DNA of 64,000 nucleotides from Perkinsus olseni (Eukaryota): NCBI GenBank assembly GCA_013115125.1, contig JABANN010000119.1, positions 1 to 64,000 of the forward strand, read 5' to 3'. Shown piece by piece: positions 57,724 to 64,000 of this stretch (position 1 is its first letter; each line of letters starts with the position of its first letter). The notes under the pieces were generated by a model. It saw only the letters and a program-made list of their open reading frames with translations, ran no database searches and was not told where the DNA came from. The position numbers and the translations under genes were made by a program.

Positions 57724-58838
57724 TCATTTGTAACGTAAACTCTTCTGGGCCATTGCCCTGCACACCATGCACCGTTGACGGTGCTGTGCAGCAGTTGATG
57801 ATGAGGACGTGGGCGGGCCCTGTCCCCAGTCCACCAGCTCCGGTAGATCACGAAGGCAGTCCTTGGGACCGGTGAGACGACACTGAAGGAACGAGTGGCT
57901 GTACCCCACCGTCACAGCAACAACAACTGTCAATCATCAGCCACGAGTACGCCTGTGTTCTACACCGCTATCTGGCATAGCATAGACGGGGCCAACATAG
58001 AGCTGGGCAACCGTACTGGGGTCGAGGAAAGTACGGTACGGAGTATGCCTCAAACTGTCAACCTAGTACGGGTACGGAGAACTAGTACGTATTAACTATA
58101 TTAAACAACGCATACGTGTATTAAATTACGCCGTACTTCAAATACGGCGTACTAGTACGGTACTTGGGAACCGCTGTGACGGGTAGTACGGGTACGGAGC
58201 CGTACTCGTACCCGTACCGTACTCCGTACTAGACCGTACCCGTACTATCGCCCACCTCTAGGCCAACATCTCGCGAGGAATCGGAGTTAGCCGACGTGGG
58301 TTAACAAGAGCCGCCAAAGTCATGCGGGATATCGATTCGACTTCCACTGCGAGGCAACGTATGAACGAGTACTTCCAATCCTCCACGGGCTTTGCTCATC
58401 TTCGACATGCTCAACCATCTCCAGTGAGCCAAGCTAAGGATGAGACCTCATGAAATCAGAGGTGCAGCGAGGAGGAGGAACGCGCATAAAGCACGTCACC
58501 CAAATCTCTATCCCAGCTAACGTATTCGGCGATTCTTTGAAGCGCGAGTACTACTACCCTTCTGAGCATGTTAGCACAGCCAACACAAATGTTGAAGGGG
58601 TGGTACTCGGGGTCATCCCGAGCTACGTCCTCTCCCAAGGCGGCGAGGGTGTGGTAGTACATGTCGACTCGAGTGCTATGCATCAACTGAGAACGAAAGA
58701 CTCTCCCTCGGCTATCTCGGTGTTCGCAACGGATACTCCTGTGAAAGTCCGGATGACCAACCCTACCTTCCCTCGACAGCCACACCATCGGCACACCCTA
58801 TCTTGAGCCTCCTCGTGAGTGAAACGCCGAGAAGGCAT
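57724..58838 (-). CDS. Small zinc-binding protein A (RAG1-N/Chapa-like domain), exons 58838-58767, 58686-58558, 57882-57724
   Basis: MPSRRFTHEEAQDRVCRWCGCRGK|LMHSTRVDMYYHTLAALGEDVARDDPEYHPFNICVGCANMLRR|CRLTGPKDCLRDLPELVDWGQGPPTSSSSTAAQHRQRCMVCRAMAQKSLRYK*; intron 2 (675 nt) carries the hAT MITE. Confidence 0.75.
57998..58260 (-). mobile_element. 263-bp hAT-type MITE, copy 2 (inverted relative to copy 1)
   Basis: Reverse complement of 51438-51700; its own 8-bp TSD GGCCAACA at 57990-57997 and 58261-58268. Confidence 0.93.
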
Positions 58839-58965
58839 TTATAACGGCCTTTGTTGTTAACCTAGGGGTTAGTGCTGTTCCCTCCCTCCCTACTGGACGT
58901 ACGCAAGGACGAATGATGATAATTGCAGGGAAACAATAACAATGGTTACGTAATGAACATGATAT

Positions 58966-60405
58966 TCAATAGACTCTAACACCTCTATCACGTAGCTTCT
59001 TCATCTCATCGTATGCAGCAGTGCTAGCAAGGTCATCCCCGGCTACCTCCAATGACCGCAGCCTCGGGCACGAATCACGAAGTAGTTTGTAGATCCCCGG
59101 TCTGCCTCGCAAAGGCCCTGTGATGGTCAAGTCGCGGAGACCCGCGAGCATACCACCGAGTTCAGTAAATTCAGTGACGGTTATCTCAACGTCAAGCAAC
59201 CCGAGAGTGGCAATAGCAATATCGCTGAGAGCTCTCATGGACGTGTGTGACAGCCCCAGAGAGGTACCACAACCGTCAATGACAACCTTACGGAGGCTCT
59301 TGTAGGTGGCAAGGCTAGCCACAACGTCTTCAACTGCTGCATCGGCTGCACTCCTCTCCCGCCTTGTCATGTTGCCTAGAACGGGGAAAGCCAGTCGTAG
59401 CTCTCGTAGTGTGGTATGGGCGGGTAGCGGTACGAGCTTGTTGGCCTGCCACCTGTCCACAGTGATGTCTAGCTTCTCAAGGCCGTCACATCGCCGTAAT
59501 GCTTCCAACATGGCAGTAGTGCATGGCTCGGCGAAGGTAAATCCTATTAGAGTTTCGGTCGAGCTCTCAACTCCGGCGGTAACGCTAGCGGCGAGGTCAG
59601 CGAGGGCCCTCCGGAGTCGATCCGAGATGGCAAGAGTAGTCACCGGCCATCTGTCGTCGCGTATCGTCACTTCTATCAACAGGTTACGCCATGCTCTCCC
59701 CTTCAACCAGCCCTCATCACCGGGAGCACCGTAGGCCGTACCTCGGATCTCGAGAGAGTCTAGCGTCTCAACCCTCGCTACTAGCTCTTTTAGGAAGGCC
59801 CAGTTCACGGGGTCGACTCCACCGTATTTGAACCACCGAAGCAGAGGAGGAAAACTGAGACGAGTGTGAGCCACTCGGTCAGGCAGTTCGAAGAGCTCCA
59901 GACTGGTGAGGCTGGGCATGGGTGGCAAAGCCGTTGACACTGCCGACCAGATCAAAGGGTTTGTGACCCCTTCTGAGGCGCAGGAGAGGCGCTGCACATA
60001 GGGAGCGATCAAGGCGATGACGCGCTGGAACTGCAAACACGAGCGAACATCCCCAGGCAGCGCTACAGTTGTCAAAGCATAGGCTATTCTCTGTGGCAAA
60101 TCACGCATCCTGCGGCAGACACATGATAGGTTGAGGATATCCGGCACCAGATGGAGAAAGGAAACTATCATGGCGATGGTCTCAGCGGGTAGTAGGGCTA
60201 GAAGGTCTTCGCTAGCCTTGGGCAATGGCGCCCTTGGAGCAGTTGAAGCCTTCGGCGACCTGGACAGGGAGAGAATCTCCTTCAACGATGCATCCAACGT
60301 GGCGATCGATGGTGACTGCGGACTGCGGAGGCGCTGCATCCTCTTGAAGAAGGAGCCATCACCACCCGACTCTGGCTTCCTGTACCTCTTGCGTCGAGAA
60401 GGCAT
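58966..60405 (-). CDS. F-box/LRR protein (intronless, 479 aa)
   Basis: F-box LLALLPAETIAMIVSFLHLVPDILNLSCVCRRMRDL followed by LRR-like repeats (SLTSLEL, GLEKLDI, TLRELRL, SLRKVVI, GLRDLTI, CPRLRSLEV). Confidence 0.85.
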   Translation of the reverse strand: MPSRRKRYRKPESGGDGSFFKRMQRLRSPQSPSIATLDASLKEILSLSRSPKASTAPRAPLPKASEDLLALLPAETIAMIVSFLHLVPDILNLSCVCRRMRDLPQRIAYALTTVALPGDVRSCLQFQRVIALIAPYVQRLSCASEGVTNPLIWSAVSTALPPMPSLTSLELFELPDRVAHTRLSFPPLLRWFKYGGVDPVNWAFLKELVARVETLDSLEIRGTAYGAPGDEGWLKGRAWRNLLIEVTIRDDRWPVTTLAISDRLRRALADLAASVTAGVESSTETLIGFTFAEPCTTAMLEALRRCDGLEKLDITVDRWQANKLVPLPAHTTLRELRLAFPVLGNMTRRERSAADAAVEDVVASLATYKSLRKVVIDGCGTSLGLSHTSMRALSDIAIATLGLLDVEITVTEFTELGGMLAGLRDLTITGPLRGRPGIYKLLRDSCPRLRSLEVAGDDLASTAAYDEMKKLRDRGVRVY

Positions 60406-60588
60406 CGGAGGGAGGGGTGAACTGGATAGCCAAGCTCGCTCTGAAGGTACCCTTGGACAACACCACAGGATTATCCTTTTGTCCGAGTCGGGCCTGCTAG
60501 GCCGTATAATCCACTACACGATATAGAAAAGATAACAGAAAATTGCCGAGGACACCCTTAGGGGTCATCTCGGAGGAGGAGGGAAGCA

Positions 60589-61758
60589 CTATGAGCTGCG
60601 TAGTTGAGGATACTTATCGAAGAAACCGGCAGGAGCCGTGCCCCATAGAGAGATGCTCTTCAAATGGGGCAGCGACTCGGCCAGCTTCCACCATCCATCC
60701 GGGGATACATCGAAGCCTTGTATACATAAAGAGTCCAACTTGGGCAGCTCCATAATGGCCGGGATGAGGACTTCGACGAATAAATCTGCGTCGAAGCGGG
60801 TTAAGTTGAGGTGGAGTCGACGCAGTTGGCAGCAGTTTTCCAGCCAACCGGCAAAGGCAACAGCACTGTCCGCAGACGAGGCGCTGCACTGGAGGGTGAA
60901 GGACTCGAGGCGACCACCGATGCCATCGAGCTTCACGGCAGACTGCATGAGGGGGCCCGCGCTCGAGAGGGTCAGCTGTCGGAGCGCTTGAGTGGAGTTG
61001 AGGGCATCGAAGAGGGTGTCTATGCTGGCTGAGCTTTGGTGATTGTAGGAGAAGGCGGTCAATGTCGCACGGGAAATGCTAACAGCATCCACGACATCTT
61101 CGTAGATGCATTCGCTGGTGACTGGCTGGAAGCACCACACATCCATGTGGAGGCCTGTGAACTCCTTCTCGAGCCACTTCGACCGTCCTGCAGGCTTTCC
61201 GGGTACACCCGCAATCAACCGAAGTTCTGTGAGGCTCGGGCAAGCCTCCAGAAAAGAAGTGAGGTTTGACCATGACTCTAGCGGAACCGATTGGTTGTAC
61301 GTCAGGGAGGTCACCTTGGACAGCACACTGGTGTCGATTCTTCCACGCGGTACTTCGCTCAACTCCAAGATGCGCAGACGGGGAACACGGATGCCAGAGA
61401 GGGCCATCCAGATGGTCTCAGATGCCTCACCAACATGCAAGAGGGATACCGCCGTTGTGCGAGGACCGACGATGCTCACGATGTGATATAGCCAACTGCT
61501 GTTGGTGCTCTCGCTTATAGTAAGGCTGATGTTATCGACGAATCTAACCCCTTGGGAAAGGAGAGCTCGGCAGCCTTGACCACTATTAGCAATCGTGAGC
61601 CAGTCTGTCAAGGGATCGAGGCATGCCAATATTGTACCGACGACTTCACCCGGCAGCATACACCATAGTGAAGGTAACTCTGATGGAGGGCCATGGGCGA
61701 TGCTCCATAGAGATAGTTGAGGGTCCCCTGATGGGATGTGGGCTGAGACCGTGGCCAT
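60589..61758 (-). CDS. F-box/LRR protein (intronless; first in-frame ATG at 61758)
   Basis: F-box-like LWCMLPGEVVGTILACLDPLTDWLTI and LRRs (PRLRILEL, CPSLTELRL, ALRQLTL, CCQLRRLHL, LPKLDSLCI, LPHLKSISL). Confidence 0.8.
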   Translation of the reverse strand: MATVSAHIPSGDPQLSLWSIAHGPPSELPSLWCMLPGEVVGTILACLDPLTDWLTIANSGQGCRALLSQGVRFVDNISLTISESTNSSWLYHIVSIVGPRTTAVSLLHVGEASETIWMALSGIRVPRLRILELSEVPRGRIDTSVLSKVTSLTYNQSVPLESWSNLTSFLEACPSLTELRLIAGVPGKPAGRSKWLEKEFTGLHMDVWCFQPVTSECIYEDVVDAVSISRATLTAFSYNHQSSASIDTLFDALNSTQALRQLTLSSAGPLMQSAVKLDGIGGRLESFTLQCSASSADSAVAFAGWLENCCQLRRLHLNLTRFDADLFVEVLIPAIMELPKLDSLCIQGFDVSPDGWWKLAESLPHLKSISLWGTAPAGFFDKYPQLRSS

Positions 61759-62114
61759 GCTGGGCAAAGATCTGCGATATACGGTCCATGTACTCGGAGG
61801 ACAACTGGTGAACGCAATAGACGCGGCTGAAGGAAGCAAGCATAGGGAAGGAGAAACAAGCACAATGACAGTAATGTGACGATATAGTGGACAGCTGATG
61901 GTAAATGTAGTAATGCTATGACGATAACGGCAACAGAGGCCGCGGGATAATGGCGTAGAAGCCTGATTAGTAACTTAGTACAGTATAAGCGATTCATCGA
62001 TTGATAGCAGAGGAAATGTCCAACTTATTCTCGTCAGCTGGCGACTAGAAAGCAAAGGATTCGGTAATTATACACAGATCGTGAGTCAAGCCGGCATCAA
62101 AGCATCAGCTGGGC

Positions 62115-63089
62115 TCAACGCGTGCTGCTTCGCCTCTTGTTCATCACGGGTTGGCATTGTTGTTGAGATTTACTAGTAGACACATTGACGAAGCGCCTCT
62201 TCTGCTGCGCACTAGAATCTCGATGGTAAGGTCTATCCAGGCCCCATAAAGAGCGATGGAACGGCTCCCACGAGCACTCAACTGAACGTCTTGAACGAGT
62301 GTCATCTGAGAGAACGGCATCCGGAAGGGTGTTCACTCGGATAAGCTGCTCCTACTTTCCGTGAGATCATCGGCACCGATATCGACAGTAGGAGAGGCGA
62401 GGCCTAAGGGAGGCAACCGCAAGCCTGTGGTTGGCGTGGATACAGTAGATGCGAGGCTTGTTTCCGCCTCGGTACAAGAGGAGCTAGCCGAGGGTGAAGA
62501 ATCGTCCGAAGAAGAGCACATAGATACACAGAAACTCAATGCAAACTGAAGTCGGGCTGTAGCGCACGACTGACCCGTACGACGCGTTGGAGCTCCGATC
62601 AAGGAGGTTGTCTGATCGCTATCGAAGCAATCGATACCGAGAGACGATGGTGGCACAAAATTCACAGACATTGGTGCCGTCTCTGGAGCGATCCGAGTAG
62701 CTTTCTCCGTTAGCCGTTTTAGCAGTGGTTTCACACTGTGCGTCATCCCATCATAGACCCATAACAAGCCTTAGATGACCTCAATGGCCTCATTGAACGG
62801 CTCTGTTAGTATTCTTGTAGGTCTTCACCGCGGTGAACTCGCTACCCCTGGCGCCTCGTCTAGTGCCGAGGGTCGTCGCTTCAGCAGCTTGCATAGCCAG
62901 TCAGTCGGGGCGGCCGCTGCATAGCCAGTCAGGTAAGAAGGCTCTCGCATCGCCGGAACATAGTCTACGAACGAGTTCATTTCGGTAACTTTTCTGTTTT
63001 GGAAACGCTATCGTACGCCGGCACAGGGAGCAAGATACGATTTTTCGAAAAATCGAAATCTGTCGCAATTTGGTGGCGGAGCGATGCAT
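62115..63089 (-). CDS. Hypothetical Ser-rich protein, spliced (boundaries uncertain)
   Basis: 144-aa ORF with Ser/Thr-rich region and flanking exon-like ORFs. Confidence 0.3.
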
Positions 63090-64000
63090 GACTCTGAAAC
63101 ATTCTCGCGTAGAGTTCCCCTAGCAGATGACTTTGTTCGTTATGGTGGCAACCGTCCTGGTCAATTGTACTCAGGATGGTGGAATTTTGCGAAGTTAATC
63201 AGCTGACGAAGGGAAGGACATAAGTGAGGAGGGGGAGGGAGGTGTTTAGAGTGAGAGAGCACAGGAGTCTTATCAAAGACAAAACCAGTATCACATCGTG
63301 CCCGGGGATGCAGCAACGAGAAGCCAGCGCGGGATAGGATGAATTAGGTAAGGTGCGGTATAGCGGGAGCGGCGAGGTCGATGGGTGCCTCTCTGGTTGT
63401 GGTACGGAAGGTTCGATTTCCCATCTCCCGCTGTGTTGAGTCGTAGTCATGGGCTCGTGGGCATCACCATCACCATCCACTGCTGCTGCCTTGGCTAGGA
63501 GCTGCCCTATGCGGCCCCCGACTGATTTTGGTTATGATGATAATCGCCTGCTGGACGCCACCGGCCGCCCCAGAATGGATAGCTTCCAGCCTCCAGACTC
63601 ACGTCGGTCTATGAGGGACGTTAATCGTAGCGGCTTGGTAGCCGGGTTTGCCAACCGTGGCCAGCGTCCTCCCAAGCCCACTACAAGGCCCCCTCCGATC
63701 GCAGAGGGGCCGGCCCCGAGGCCCTTCGATCACTCGGATGGCTATCAACAGCGCAGGTATCCGACGGAAGATCGTCCGGGCTACTCCGCTGCTTGGGAGC
63801 GACGCGATAATGCTGTGAGTGAACGGTATGAGGCCGAGCAAAGGTACTCCGGTACTCGGCAAGATGCGATGCCTTATCGGGAAACCTCGGCGGGGTCATC
63901 TGCCGGGTGGTCGAGGCAGGATGCTGACTTCTATTACCGCCATCACCGGCCTGAAGACCAGCGCGATGTCTATGGCGCTCGAGAAGCCCTAGCCCCACCG

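Noticed and set aside
63199-64000. Minus-strand ORFs at the window end
   Set aside because: Truncated by the window edge with no recognisable domain; cannot be called.

Overview
Eukaryotic, gene-dense DNA (roughly balanced GC) with many very short (~40-55 nt) GT-AG introns and (TAG/ACT)n microsatellites. The style suggests an alveolate protist such as Perkinsus, but this is inference only. Recognisable genes: a SAM-methyltransferase-like gene, a Lys-type D-3-phosphoglycerate dehydrogenase, a giant TRRAP/Tra1-like PIKK gene, two tandem glutathione S-transferases, a RecQ/BLM-like helicase, IPI1/TEX10, a kinesin-3 with FHA domain, an amino-acid transporter and two tandem F-box/LRR genes. Mobile DNA: two apparently identical 263-bp hAT-type MITEs, each with its own 8-bp TSD and each in an intron; a 631-bp PIF/Harbinger-type MITE; and decayed retroelement-like sequence. 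The most notable observation is invisible in the ORF track. Three tandem spliced mini-genes at 56.4-58.8 kb (minus strand, ~110-120 aa each, shared intron positions) each encode a stand-alone H-x7-CRWCG...P-x2-IC-x2-C...VDW...H-x2/3-C-x-VC zinc domain. This matches the signature of the RAG1 N-terminal / Chapaev 'Chapa' domain, yet no transposase is attached, and the genes sit directly downstream of the F-box pair. Gene models were spliced by hand; no database searches were run.
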